64,000 nucleotides of DNA from Podarcis gaigeae. Lineage: Eukaryota. Location of the stretch: assembly GCA_964106915.2 (NCBI GenBank), contig OZ066923.1. One strand, written 5' to 3'. A program made the translations under genes and the position numbers. Below are positions 38,586-51,662 of the stretch, in pieces (the stretch's first letter is position 1; the number at the start of each line of letters is the position of its first letter). Below the pieces are notes generated by a model, which worked only from the letters and a program-made list of their open reading frames with translations, was not told the DNA's origin and did no database searches.

Positions 38586-38654
38586 GGGTTTTATCAGTTA
38601 CTTGAGCCTTCAATGACTGTCCGATGCCGGAAACAGGATCTTCAATTGGTTAAG
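38586..38654 (+). CDS. ATP6V1E1: ATP6V1E1 exon 6
   Basis: 69 nt, GFYQLLEPSMTVRCRKQDLQLVK, with an AAG acceptor. Confidence 0.97.
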
Positions 38655-38721
38655 GTAAGTTGTGTTTTTTTTACTAAATGGTCATAAAGTAGTGTCTGGT
38701 GGCTGATAAGCTCCTTGGTGT

Positions 38722-39083
38722 AAAGGTAAAAGGTAAAGGTAAAGGTACCCCTGCCCGTACGGGCCAGTCTTGACAGACTCTGGGGTTGTGCGCCCATCTC
38801 ACTCAAGAGGCCAGGGGCCAGCGCTGTCCGGAGACACTTCCGGGTCACGTGGCCAGCGTGACAAAGCTGCATCTGGTGAGCCAGAGCTGCACACGGAAAC
38901 GCCGTTTACCTTCCCGCTGGTAAGCGGTCCCTATTTATCTACTTGCACCCGGAGGTGCTTTCGAACTGCTAGGTTGGCAGGCGCTGGGACCGAGCAGCGG
39001 GAGCGCACCCCGCCACAGGGATTCGAACCGCCGACCTTTCGATCGGCAAGTCCTAGGCGCTGAGGCTTTAACCCACAGCCACA
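38722..39083 (-). mobile_element. Near full-length Sauria SINE
   Basis: Minus strand: tRNA-like head with B-box GGTTCGAATCC, CpG-rich body and (ACCTTT)n tail. Confidence 0.9.
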
Positions 39084-39515
39084 CAATAAATGTATAGTTA
39101 AAGTAGCAGGGGGGTGGGGACAGAAACCAAATTTGATCAGAGACGTGGCATGATGTAGATGTGTTATCCCATACAGTTTTCCTGGTCTAAATAACTATTT
39201 TCCCTTCCCTACCTCTTTGGCTCTGCCACTGAGCTGTCACCCCTCCCTCTATGCACATCCAGTTTGTGCAGGGCCCTTGTCAACAACAGATGTATGCAAT
39301 TTATCGGCATTGTTCTGCAAACTGAATGGCACATCCTCAAGGAAGTGCCTGAATTGCACATGGAAAGCTGCCTTTCATGTGCTGAATGAAACCACCTTGG
39401 TCCATCTAGCTCAGTTCCAATTCATTAGACTCGCAGTGAAACAACATGAGTTCTTCAATTGAAATCTGAATGTAATCCCATAAGGGACAAATCAGAGCTT
39501 GTGTTCTACCAGTGA

Positions 39516-39754
39516 TAGGCTTGCCATATTTCAAAATTCATGACACCCACAAAGTTGTTGAGCCCATTTCAAAAACCCATCAAAATTGTTGAGCTTTTAA
39601 TCTTTTGGAGCTGTTTCCACTGCTTTTTCAATCACCTTGCCATACATCCAGGTTTCCCCTGATATTTTACCAATTCAGCAAAATTCCCCTGATGTCATTT
39701 TTACACCCGAAAACCAGGACACGACAGGAATTTTCCTGAAGTATGGAAAGTCTA
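39516..39754. mobile_element. Degenerate hAT-like MITE
   Basis: Imperfect TIRs TAGGCTTGCCATA...TATGGAAAGTCTA. Confidence 0.5.
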
Positions 39755-39904
39755 ACCAATGACCTGTGAGGGGCACGAATTCTAATGCAACCTGAGAGGC
39801 TAATGAAGTGGTGGTATTATTTTGGGACTGTAAATGGAATTGAGCAAATTTTTATTTTCCTTTGTGAACATATAACATATATGTCCATATAAATCCTTTT
39901 TCAG

Positions 39905-39999
39905 GCTGCTGTCCAGAAGAGCATCCCAGTCTACAAAGCTACCACTAAAAAAGAAGTTGATATTCATATTGACCAAGAATCATTTCTCCCTGACGACAT
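39905..39999 (+). CDS. ATP6V1E1: ATP6V1E1 exon 7
   Basis: 95 nt, [31 protein letters not shown](I). Confidence 0.97.
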
Positions 40000-40132
40000 G
40001 TAAGAAAGATACATAACTGAAAAGGGGTTATTGGTACTACATAACATGGTAGAGGCAGAGTGTTATACATAGAACTTTCATGTGGACAGCAGGGGTTAAA
40101 AATATAATAACTTTCTAACATCTAACGGTATA

Positions 40133-40328
40133 CAGTGGACCCTCCAGATACAAACTTAATTTGTTCCGGGGGTCCTTATGTACCCCGAAAAGTCCACATG
40201 TGTGTGGCGCGATAGAGCGCTTCTGCAATGCACGCGCGGTGAAACGCGGAAGTATACACATCCGGGTTTACCACGTTCACAACTGAAAGTTACGTTACCC
40301 GAAGGTAATGTAACCCAAGAGTCTACTG
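40133..40328. mobile_element. Tc1/mariner MITE
   Basis: TA|CAGTGGACCCT...AGAGTCTACTG|TA. Confidence 0.8.
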
Positions 40329-41162
40329 TATAATGGAAATTAGCACTGTCACATGCTCAATAACATATCCAATATATCATAAACCTTTCACATACACCCA
40401 GAAAACAGCAGATCATCCAGTTGTAGCTCCAAAAGGGATGGAATTTGATATTTCCTCAAATGCCCCTAGCTACAACTGTCAAAGATCATTGTAAAACATG
40501 CAGATTCATTAAAACCTTTCCTTACAAGTGAAAATTGTGAGGGAAATATTTACCATGCTCTGATTTAACTTTGGTACGGACACCCATGCTCAAACACAAT
40601 TAGTTAGCTAGTGACTCAAGGGCCACATCCGTCCTCCCAAAGCAATTTTATTTGGCCCACTGGTGTTCCACTAAAATGTAATCAGGGCGCAGCACACATT
40701 TTGCTTCATTACCTGTTTTAAGTAAAAATAGCAATGAATTTTGTGTGTGCGTTTCGCACAGTAATTGTATTGTGTCATGTATAGCCTGAAAAGGCAATGA
40801 ACTGCTGTCAGCAGAGGATCTTGCAGAAAGCAATTCGTTTTTTAGCCAATCCTGTTGATGACTTGGAACTGCCTGATTACACACAGTCAAACCTATCAAG
40901 CGTTTACTCTTAGACGATGCTAAAATTTATTAAAGATTATGATCCTCTTATTCTCCAGATTTGTCTCTGCACAGTGATTCCAAAAAAACAGAAATGGCTA
41001 TTCTTGCCCGAGCATGTACAGAAAAAGATCCTAACATTTTAAAAGGACTATGAAGACACACTATGTAGGGGCACATGTTGTTGGATTGAATAAATTACAG
41101 TTGCATTGAAATGTAAGGGTTGGGTAGGTGACACTGATTCATCCCTCTGGCACATGACTTAA

Positions 41163-41474
<312 letters not shown>

Positions 41475-42054
41475 TAGTCCCAAGCCCCACACAACTCAGC
41501 AGCCTGTAAGCTCCAGGCTGATGCATGGGGGCCTCCCTTCACTTCTGCAGTCCTGGAGCAACTGGTAGTTGAAGATTTCTGGCAGTGAGAGGGGAAGCAA
41601 GTTCCCTGCTCTTTCTCTCTGGCCATTCATTGATGCCACATCTTTGCCATCATGTTCTACCTGGAAGGCAGGGACTACAGTGTCCCAGTGGCCCCCTGGC
41701 CAATAACGAAGGTCAGAATGTTTCCTTTTAGTTTTTCAGTCCCAGTGCAGCCCATAGTGGCTACAGGTGCTTGCTCTGAGATCATAGACTCAGTCTGATG
41801 GTGCCAGTCCTCATCACCAGCATTTTGTTGAAGGAGAGGATCGTGCATCATGCGGAAGGGACTGCTTCCATTAGTATTGTGCAGTCTTGCACAGTTTGTG
41901 TGATGTGTCCCTCCAGCCCTTTATCTTGCCACCTCAGGGCTGATGCCTGTGCCTGCAATATCAAACAAGGTGCTTGGTGCATGTTGCATCCCTGTTCTTC
42001 TCTGTCATCACCAGACACATTGTAACTGCTTCTCTTTTTTTTTTTCTTCAACAG

Positions 42055-42117
42055 ATGATGCCAGACATTCGAACGGCACTTTTTGGTGCCAACAGCAATA
42101 GGAAGTTCATGGACTAA
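42055..42117 (+). CDS. ATP6V1E1: ATP6V1E1 exon 9 (stop)
   Basis: MMPDIRTALFGANSNRKFMD-TAA. Total CDS is 681 nt = 226 aa. Confidence 0.98.
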   Translation: MMPDIRTALFGANSNRKFMD

Positions 42118-42641
42118 ATTTCTTCAAGTAACAGTGGAAATTATTCCACTGCCATAGTGAAGGGAATGCTGGAGCATCCCTAATAAACCAACACCCCTCT
42201 TAAAATGTAATACTCAGTGCTATATTGTGTTGCCCTGTGTATGTTCTTTGGTTAAGTTATACTTCTTCTTCTTTTGCATACCTGCTATGCTTAGCCTGAC
42301 TTGAAGAGAGGCTGGAAGACCTCTGTCCACAGAACAGTGGTATGTAAAACAGAAACTGAGACGTTAAGGTCCCTTGAGACAGATTCCTTGGGGGTCGGTC
42401 TCTGCTTTGACTACTTCCCTCAAAGCATGTCGCCAACCTGTGTTGTTTATCCATGGTTTCCTTATTTAAAAGCTGTTTGATATTATGTTAAATAGGGGGC
42501 ATATGTTTCTTTTGAGGGCCACTGTAACTTATGCTAATTTGATCAACCCCAGATTCTTGTTCTGTATATGTGGTTTCAAAAACTATATATATATATATGT
42601 ATACACACACTTGACTTGTACACATGCACAGCCTATACATC

Positions 42642-42680
42642 ATTAAAATAAAAAGGTGTGTGAAACTTGTTGTTTTTCCT
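42642..42680 (+). terminator. ATP6V1E1: Probable main ATP6V1E1 poly(A) signal (ATTAAA/AATAAA plus GU-rich downstream element)
   Basis: ATTAAAATAAA at 42642-42652, then GGTGTGTG...TTGTTGTTTTT. Confidence 0.7.
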
Positions 42681-43527
42681 TTGCTTCTGCCCCCAGAGGA
42701 ATAAGTCTGTATGGGGTCATCAAGCAACCATGTTACTGAGCTTTACAGCAACACCTTCCCTCCATGTAGTTTCAGTTAGGGAGTGTAAAAAAAAAAAAGA
42801 ACTGAGAATCAATGGTACCGTTCATCAGAAGGGAGTTTTAGACTAAAATTTAGTTCACTATAAAGTTGGAAGCTTCAAGATTGGTATTGGGGAAATAAAC
42901 TATGCAAACTGTAAGCAATCTGATTTATTAAGAGACAAGCTGCTTTTTAAGGTCAGAAGCAGCCATTTTACCACCCTGCCAAGATTAACATACAACATTT
43001 TTTAATACTATCCTTTAACAGAGTTCCCTGGGTAGGTTGCAAAAAGTTATGTGGTCATGTTGTAGAAGGTAAGGCAGAACAGGTTGTCAGCAGGTAGTAG
43101 CATGAGAGCTGGTAATTACAACTGGCTTTTTTAGGGGTTCCAAGGATAACAAACCATAAATTCTACATTTTTTAAAAGCTATATCAATCTAATGAAGCAG
43201 AACTACTTTATCTAAAATTTTATTTCTCCATGCATCAAGGAACAGGTTTACAGTAAGATTCTTTTGTTTGAGGTTGGATGGGTACTACTTTTCTGCTGGT
43301 TTCTCCATGGAAAGGGGGTAGAAACTAGCCGTCTTGCTGGCCAATCAAAGCACCATTGCACACACGAACTAGGGTAATCCTTGGCCCCTTTTTGCTATTG
43401 CCACTTTTAGGATTTTCTGTGCAGTGGTGAAAGCTACACATTCTAAACAAAAAATGAAGTCTCATATTATCAAGAATATTTGAGTGGAAGGGAGACATGG
43501 TGCTTGCTATTAATTATAGTAGTGCTA

Positions 43528-43700
43528 AAGAACATAAAAGACCCTGTCTGATCAGACCTACCTAATCCAGCACCCTGTTCACACAGTGGCCAACCAAATG
43601 CTTGTGGGGGAAATGCAAGCAGGACCTGAGCACAAAAGCAGTCTCCTCTCCTGTGGTTTCCAGCCATTGGTATTCAGAAATATGCTGCCTCTGGACCTTG
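43528..43700 (-). mobile_element. CR1-family 3' UTR fragment
   Basis: AAGAACATAAAAG...CCAGCACCCTGTTCACACAGTGGCCAACCAAATGC, homologous to 14463. Confidence 0.6.
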
Positions 43701-45094
43701 TGGTTATGAATAAACAAGGGGGAGGGAAGCTTTTGTCAGCCCAAGAGCTGCATTCCTTTGGTAGTCACCTGAGAATCACATGGCGGAACTGGGTGAGGCT
43801 AGAGGCAACAGTAGGCAGAGCAATGGATGCAGTTCTCACCTTTGCACAGTAAGCTACATCTCAGCCATCGAAAAGACATTTCGACATGCAGTCCAGGCAA
43901 GCAGCATTATCAAAGCTCAAAGACAATTTGCAGGCAGTAAGAAAACTCAAGGAGGGCACAGACCACGGCCAGTGTGAGGTGTGGTCTAGGAAAAGGCAAA
44001 TGGGCCAGAGACAGAGGCCTGGAAACTTCATTTGCTTTCTGTCTTCCATTTAAAGTAGGTGAGGAAGATGGTTCCTGACCATCCATTTGTATTGCTGAGC
44101 AGTCACTAAGGTGCAGCATGCTTTAGGGTTAGGCAAACACAAATATTTCCTTTGTGTATGTATCTGTGTTGTCTAAACACAGCTCTGGGTTATGCACAAA
44201 CAGCAAATGGGAAAGTTCGTACCTCCCTCACCCACCCCAAGCTGAACAGCAGTTGGCAGACTGTCATCAGATGCTGTAACTAACACTATCCATTACAGAT
44301 GCAGAAGTGGCTTAATAGAAACTTGCTGAGCAGAGATGGTCACATTAGAAATAATACACAATTAAGAACGGCCATTAATTTATGTGTACAAATACATGCA
44401 CTGGAAGAGAAGAGGGTGGCAATGATGAGACTGCTTCTAAAATGAAAGACCAGAAAGGGTTCTGTAGTGAAATGTATACAGCAGTGCAGGATCACCAAAT
44501 AAAATATACAGGAAAATATTTCCAGCATGAGATCAGGGCAGCAAGGGTGAAATTAACCTCCACTAAACTGCTATCCTTGATCAACTTCGAAGCATTTAAT
44601 AAATGACATAAAAATATGAAGTCGTGATATTTATAAATGCACTTGTAATGGAGAAGAACAAGCATCAGGCAGCGCTGCGAAGGACCCCATGGATCCCTAG
44701 TAAAGTGTAAGCTTTGTAAGTAGATGGATCCAGATTCAATCTCTGGCCATACATCCTGGTCTGCAGTGGTGTGTGTGATAGATCAGCTTGAAAAGTGTTG
44801 GCCAACATTAGGTGCAAGTAAGAAATAACACTTGCAACACATTCCTTTTCATAGCACAAATGTTGGCTTGTTAACTTTTAGGTCTCAGAAATCTGCCCAG
44901 TGCAGAGGATTGTTTTAGAAAATGAAGCAGTGGCAAACCTGGAAGTTGTGTTTTTAGGCCGTCTTCCTGGATAGTGGTAGACTGGGTAGTTGTTCACAGC
45001 CACAGTATTTACAGTTTGCTTCCATTTCTCTTCAAGTAGTGTCACAGAACTCTTGCAATCTTAATTCATGATCCAGTGTGATTTAGAATGGGTA

Positions 45095-45236
45095 CTACTT
45101 GAAATATTCCATGATATGTTCTCCAATGCCAATGAAATACATTCCTTGGGCTATGCCAAAGAGAGGAGCTATAACCAGTGCACGGCATCCTGCCCCTTTC
45201 ATGAAGGCAGCAGGGCCCTCATGAATCCAGACTTTC
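45095..45236 (-). CDS. SLC25A18: Mitochondrial glutamate carrier 2, last coding exon
   Basis: 142 nt, (R)[49 protein letters not shown]. Total CDS is 978 nt = 325 aa. Confidence 0.95.
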
Positions 45237-46167
45237 CTGGAGAAGAGAGAAACAGAGAGTGGGTTGGTAAAACAGCTCCTGAAGTTATTGTTACTATCAA
45301 TTAGAGGGTTTTTTTTCTATTTAGGGTTCTCTGAGTACAAGGCAAGATGGCAGAGATGAGTCTCCTGATTACTTACATAGCTTCCTCTCAAGGCAGGAAG
45401 TGAGAGCTGCCTTCCCAAATCAAGTAACAGCTGGGGAGGTGGAGGCAAAGGTGGTCAGGACCACAGCATGAGAGGAAAAAGAAACCAAGACTTCCATCCA
45501 GAAGTCACTGCACCCCAGCTCACCTCACCTCCAACCACCACAGCCAGACGTCAGGGATCTTGTGAGTTGCAGTCTAACAACATAAAGAACCAGAGAGTTC
45601 CTCATCTCTGACACCCACCAGCTTTTTAAAGTTAAAAGCACCCAAGAGTAAGGGGTGTTTAACTTAATATGTCAGCAACAGCCACGGCAAGAATTGGGAA
45701 CCGTCATATTTGTGTTCCGCTGCCCCTTGTGGTCAGTTACTCAGAGCTGCTGTCTTTGAATATTTATTTCCTTTGCTGGCTGCTCATTTTCAATGTCTTA
45801 TTTAAATGCTGTTGCAAGGGGGAAAGCTAGCTTATACTCATAAATCCTATGTTTTTCCAGTACACAATGGGAAATCATGCATCAACTTGCTCAGTTACCA
45901 GCTTTTTCCTCCTAAGAAAAATGAATGAAGCAGAAACTGGAAAACCACAAAGTAGTGTAGAATGCTGCTTTTAAGGGTGCCAGCAACTCTACTCCATTCC
46001 ATCCTCTGTGGGGTTCCTCCAAGCCTGCTGCCATCTTTCTCTTGTGAGTGGATGGTGCCATTTCAGAAGGACGTGACAACTTACATTGCAAAATGTACAC
46101 TGCAGAACATTTTTAACATAGAGCAATGACCTGAGTACCAGTAAAACAAGAGTTCAGGTCTGCTTAC

Positions 46168-46243
46168 CTGGCACAGTCAACGATCCCATTGTAGGTGTCC
46201 TCTCCCAGTCCTTTCTTGAGAGTTTGAATTCGGGTCTTTAGAA
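46168..46243 (-). CDS. SLC25A18: SLC25A18 coding exon 8
   Basis: 76 nt, VLKTRIQTLKKGLGEDTYNGIVDCA(R). Confidence 0.96.
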
Positions 46244-47297
46244 CTAAAACAAGCAGTAACTGATTTAAACCTTTGCAAAGTTGCTTGCTTTACAGACTTC
46301 TTAGTGTAAGGATACTTAACTGCAAGATTGGGATTTTTATTTATTTGTTCATTTCATTCCTGGCATGAATACATGCTCCTGGTACTGGTCAGAAATGCAG
46401 TGTTGTTATCTCACATCAGTTCTTCATCAATCATCATCACCATACTAGTAAACACATGGTGCCTCACTAAAGCATTTCACATACTTAAGTTCTGTTGTCC
46501 TCACAACAGTGTTGCAGTATGAAAACATGGATGTGCCAAAGGGATGTACAATTTATTTTAAAATTTCTACATTTAAGCTTTCCTAGGCTATTTGGTGATG
46601 TGACTTGAAGATTTCTAGCATATAAGCTTATCATTAATTTTTCAGTTTTTATGTTTGTATTTTCATGGCAATCTTATCTTAAATAGATATATCAAAATAA
46701 ATCTGTCCTTTCTCCAATGAGTTCATGGTTCTCCACTAGCAGTTGGTTAGATGAAGGGGCTGTGCCTTGTCCCAGCATCACCACTGAGCTTTCTATCCAA
46801 GCAGCAATTGAAACCCAGGTTCAACAGATGGAGTCTGTTCACTGCATTAATATTGTTTCTCTAGTAAGGTTCACTTAATCATTAAGCTGCCCCAGCTAAT
46901 CTGTTGGTCAGCGCTGTTCCAGACAAGGCTCGCTCATCGTTGATTATAAGAAATAGCTCCCTCAATTTTCCTGGAATAAATAGTCTGTCTGATACAGTAA
47001 GTACTCTTAGTTGCTAACAGCCAGTTCATGTGGTTGGGTAAGAAAAAGCTTCTATATACTCATGTGCGAAGTGCAGATTATTTTGCAGAGCATGTAAAAC
47101 ATTATGGACAATGCAACTTAGAAAGCAGCCTTATAAGGAGCTTAATTAATCTTGGGTCTGCGTTTGCAAAGTCTTAATAGTTCACTTGAAGCACTACTGC
47201 GGCCTCTTGGGAGGGAATAAAATTCATAAACACACACACACACACGCGCGTAAGCAAAAGTCACTGCCTTTTGATAGTTGCCCCATCTAATACCTAC

Positions 47298-47452
47298 CAT
47301 CCAATGGGGTCACGGCCACTGCAGCCACAGATCCTGCAATACAGCCAGAGATGAATGAATGGAAGAAAGAGGCTTTTTCATCAAGATTCGTCTGCCCCAG
47401 CTTGTTGATGTTGGCAAAAAGTGGGAAATATATAATAGAAAAGGGTACATCC
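47298..47452 (-). CDS. SLC25A18: SLC25A18 coding exon 7
   Basis: 155 nt, [51 protein letters not shown]. Confidence 0.96.
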
Positions 47453-48320
47453 CTGTTGAGAGTAGAAGTGAGACATTTTAGGTAAACAATACAATCAGCT
47501 AATCTCTTGTTGAAGCTGTTTTTCTCAACCAATTTTCACCTTCCCCTTTCACAGCTCAACTGTTCCTCCCATTTGGACTGCCATACTTTCTACCCTTGCA
47601 GTTGTTACAGGCTTTTATGTTTTCACACAAGTGTACTTTCCCCACAGTTGCAATGTATCATGGAATTTTAAAACTTTAGGTTTGTGCTTATGTTTAGCTT
47701 TGTTCCCAGCACCACCCTGAACAAACCCACCCTTGTGCAACTGAGAGCAAAGTCCCTATGTCCAGAGAACAGTCTGAAGATGTGACACATTCCAGCAGCT
47801 AAAACTATTTTATTTATTATCCCTATCATATTATCCCTATCAATTATATCAAGGCAGCTTACAACATAAAATACAGTATCATTTATCTCTAAATATCTGT
47901 AAAACATAATTAAAAGCATTGATAAATCATGAGTTGATACTGTTCGGTTAATATGAGAAAATCATATTGTGAATGTCTGTCCATAAGGTATTTTGAGCAC
48001 AAGTTGATGAGGACTTTGTGAATTAACACAAGATGTTGAACCTGGCCCACTAGCAAATTGGCAACCAGTGTTTCTTAGCAGTGGAGTAACATGTTGCTAG
48101 TAATCTGCCTCTGTGAGCAGCCTGGCTGCTGCATCCTCCACTAGATGAAGCTTCCAAAGCGGAAGCACCCTGACCCTATAAGCTGCTTGAGTGGGAGACC
48201 ACCTGTGAATATAAATTACTTTGAGGTCTTTGGTTAGTATATGGGTTAGCAACCTTTAGTTTCTTATACCCCACAATGAGGAAAAGAGGGCTGTAGATTC
48301 AATATAGATCATAGCAATTG

Positions 48321-48466
48321 CTTCGGATCCAGATTTCCATGCACAATATGAAGCTCCCACTAATTCTCTCCCACCCCTGGTTAGCTTTAAATGCTCTTGC
48401 AGCCATGCAAACAACCAATAGGGACTTGCGTGGGGAGCTCATGAGTATGGAGTTCCTGGATCCAAG
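48321..48466. repeat. Imperfect foldback / MITE-like element
   Basis: CTTCGGATCCAG..TCCATG..AGCTCCCAC pairs with GTGGGGAGCT..TATGGA..CTGGATCCAAG. Confidence 0.5.
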
Positions 48467-48730
48467 TGATGGTTTAAAACCAAAGACCCTCCTTTAGAAT
48501 GGGAAGCCAATCCTTCTAGGACATGAAGGGCATTTATAGAAATTGAAGCATTCTTCTCTGCCTCTCCAGGTGCAGACCAACACTGAGAAGATACTTCCTT
48601 GTTCTGGGACCAGCACATCTCAGCCTGCTTTAGGTAGCCTGAATGCTAAATTTCCTTTCTCAAGACCTCTAGACTAAAGCAGCTTGCCATCCTACAATGA
48701 ACAGGAAGGAACAGTTCACTCTCTTCTAAC

Positions 48731-48923
48731 CTGAGCAAGGTGGCTCCCAGCCCTTTATACAGGCCTGCAACTCCCTGGGTGCACAGGAGATCTCTGGCAA
48801 TCACGAAAGCAGAGGGGCGTTTAGAGGCTGCTGTGGACCCAGCTGTGTAAGGCTGTCCTGGTGGTGAATGGGAGGTGGCAGCAGCTGGTCGATCCTGTCC
48901 CAAGGCCTTCTGCTGATGAGCAG
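48731..48923 (-). CDS. SLC25A18: SLC25A18 coding exon 6
   Basis: 193 nt, AAHQQKALGQDRPAAATSHSPPGQPYTAGSTAASKRPSAFVIARDLLCTQGVAGLYKGLGATLL(R). Confidence 0.94.
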
Positions 48924-49825
48924 CTAAAAGAAAACAAGCAATAAAACTCCTAACTTTCCACTGTCACTCTATGGGTTCCTTGCATTGCAGTCTCAGGAAC
49001 ATCATAGCACCCCATCTCCAGCAACAATTACCCCAATCCCAATATATTCTGGTACTACTACAGTGGGGGAGGACACCTCCAGTTTAGGGGCAATCTTGGC
49101 CCACTATGAGGTTCAAGTTGGTCCGTGAAGCCATTTTCCACAAACCATGGCTACCTGTCCATTAGCTGACATAACTGGCCAATGTCAGCAGATGAGTGGG
49201 ATTCAATTCTGCCGGGGAATGCAGGGAATGTGCTGGTGAAACAGACCCTTGCAGCCAGCAGGATTGAACCCTTTGATCACCAGCTGGTGAGTGGAGGGTT
49301 CAATCCTGGTCAGTCTGGCTGTGCATCTCTGTTCCCCTAGTAGGAACAGGTGTTTGCAGCAAGAGCGTGGTGTGGAGCTGTTTGAAAGCTCTTTTGCAAA
49401 CAGTTCCAGAATGCTCTTTTAAATGTATGAAAACCATAGATTTAAAGAACCGTGCAGAGCTATCTGCAAAAGGGCATTTAAACTGCCCCACTCTGCACTT
49501 TGAAGTGCCAACGATTAGAGTTTCAAGCATAGCAGCAACAGGAGATAAGCGGAGATTAGGACCTAGCTCACTGGACAGAAAAGGTTCTCCACACCTATAC
49601 TCTAAGTAACTCAGATATTAATTTGCTTATTTGCCCAGTAAAAGCACATTTTGGCAAGTAACCACTATTAGGCAACAGCAAAATATGGACAGAAGTATAA
49701 CAGAAGTAATGGGAATTAGGGGCTGTGTGAGAGAAATAGATAGTTGGAGTTCATTTAATTCAAGACTTTGCTTTCACCATCATTCCCCCCCCCCCCAAAA
49801 AAAGGGAGGTGGAATGGGAACTTAC

Positions 49826-49944
49826 CTAGCCGCCCAGCATCCTGGAGCTGGATTTTCAACATTTCCATTGGAGATGTGACCACTACCTGGCAAGTCCCAG
49901 CTCCACAGCCAGCAAGCATCTCTCTCACCAATGACAATTTTTTT
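49826..49944 (-). CDS. SLC25A18: SLC25A18 coding exon 5
   Basis: 119 nt, [39 protein letters not shown], containing the carrier signature PxExxKxQ. Confidence 0.96.
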
Positions 49945-51527
49945 CTGTCAAAAGAAGCATAGATGCAAAATAAATGCACTTCCACAACTATAGGCTTGCC
50001 AAACTATCATGAGAGTGGCATGGTCTGGGCTATTTCTGTGCCTTCCATAGAGTGAAGCTTTTCACAGCCTGGAGATCAACAGGGATCTACACGTCCACTC
50101 CCATGGTTAGCCCCCAGCTTTCCTGTCTAGCTTGGAGATGGAGAGAGAGAAAAAGACTCAGCTGTGCAATGTGCTTTGCTGCCGAGGACAAAAGGGGGAA
50201 AGATACCCATTTATTCTCCAGCTCCTGTCAAGAGATAAAGGTTGAGCTGGTCCTTTTGATGGTGGGTGGCTGAAGTGCCTTGGCTTCCTGCCATCAGAAT
50301 GGTGAGTCCTTGGGTGGAATTTGGTGTTGCACTGTGATAATCATTCCAACAGCACAAGCATTTTTGCTTGCCAGACAGAACAATCTTCTCCCACACTGTT
50401 CTGAGGGTTTTTCTGATCCTCCAGAGCAGATTTGGGTGACGCTTGAGTGGGTGGAGGAACTCCCATTGTGCTAGCAGAACTATTTACAATAGTTTCTACT
50501 AGCACACCAGGTTAGTTGAATCCAGCCCCTGAGGTTTCACTGCAGGCCATTTTACAGAGGAACTCAGAGCACCTTGGGTGATTCATACTAAGACAAGACT
50601 CTGCTCCCCTCCCACAAGTCAGGGACAAAGGTTGCATTCTTATATATGTTTGGATGCGAGTAAGTCCTATTGAACACAGTGAAGCTCTCCTCTGTGTAAA
50701 CATGCATAGGGTTGCACTGAAGAGGAATGGCAAGGACCTAGTGGTTAAAAGTTTTGGCCTGGCTACCAAGGCTAGATGAAATTAGTGGACCTGTGGAGAT
50801 GAGCATTGTTTGCCAAAGGAAGTCACTGTTACAGGTGCAAGAGCAGAAGCTCTATGAGACACACACACAAAATTATAACATCTTCGTCAAAGATCTTAGG
50901 ATCCATGTGTAAATGTCTCCTCCTCTCTCTACAGGTACATAAGCCTCTTGGCTCACCTGAGATATGAGCTGCCTATAGTTCGTAGCCTGCAAGTACAGAC
51001 TACACCAAAGAACACTGACAGGAGTCAGGTAGCGGCTCTCCACTTTGAACAGTGAAAGTGGCTATTTTAGCTCAAGCCTGCTGTGCCTCTGTTAGTGGGA
51101 ATTTCAGCAGTGAATACTGTCAGAGGAACACTGAGGGAGGACTACAGATTCATCACACACACACACACACACAAGTTCCTCTACACTGCCACTGTGACCT
51201 AAAGCCAGGACATTGGTAGGAGGCTTACAAATTGACTGTGGTGTGATATACTAGAGGGTGGGGGAATGGGGCCACTATCAGGATTTGATTATGTTAGGCT
51301 GACTGTTATTATTCTCATACTATTTATTTTCACATGCTGCTCGGAGGATGTTAAAAAAAAATTCTATAATTTATTCATGATGAGATTCTGGTGTTTCATT
51401 GTATCCTTTGAACTGTTTTATAGGAGGACTTTTTGGTTTTGAAGAGCATCCCACAAATGGCAAAATGACAATAAAGAAAGATAGATGAATAGATCAATAA
51501 ATAATAAAAACAAAGAAACTGGAATTA

Positions 51528-51662
<135 letters not shown>

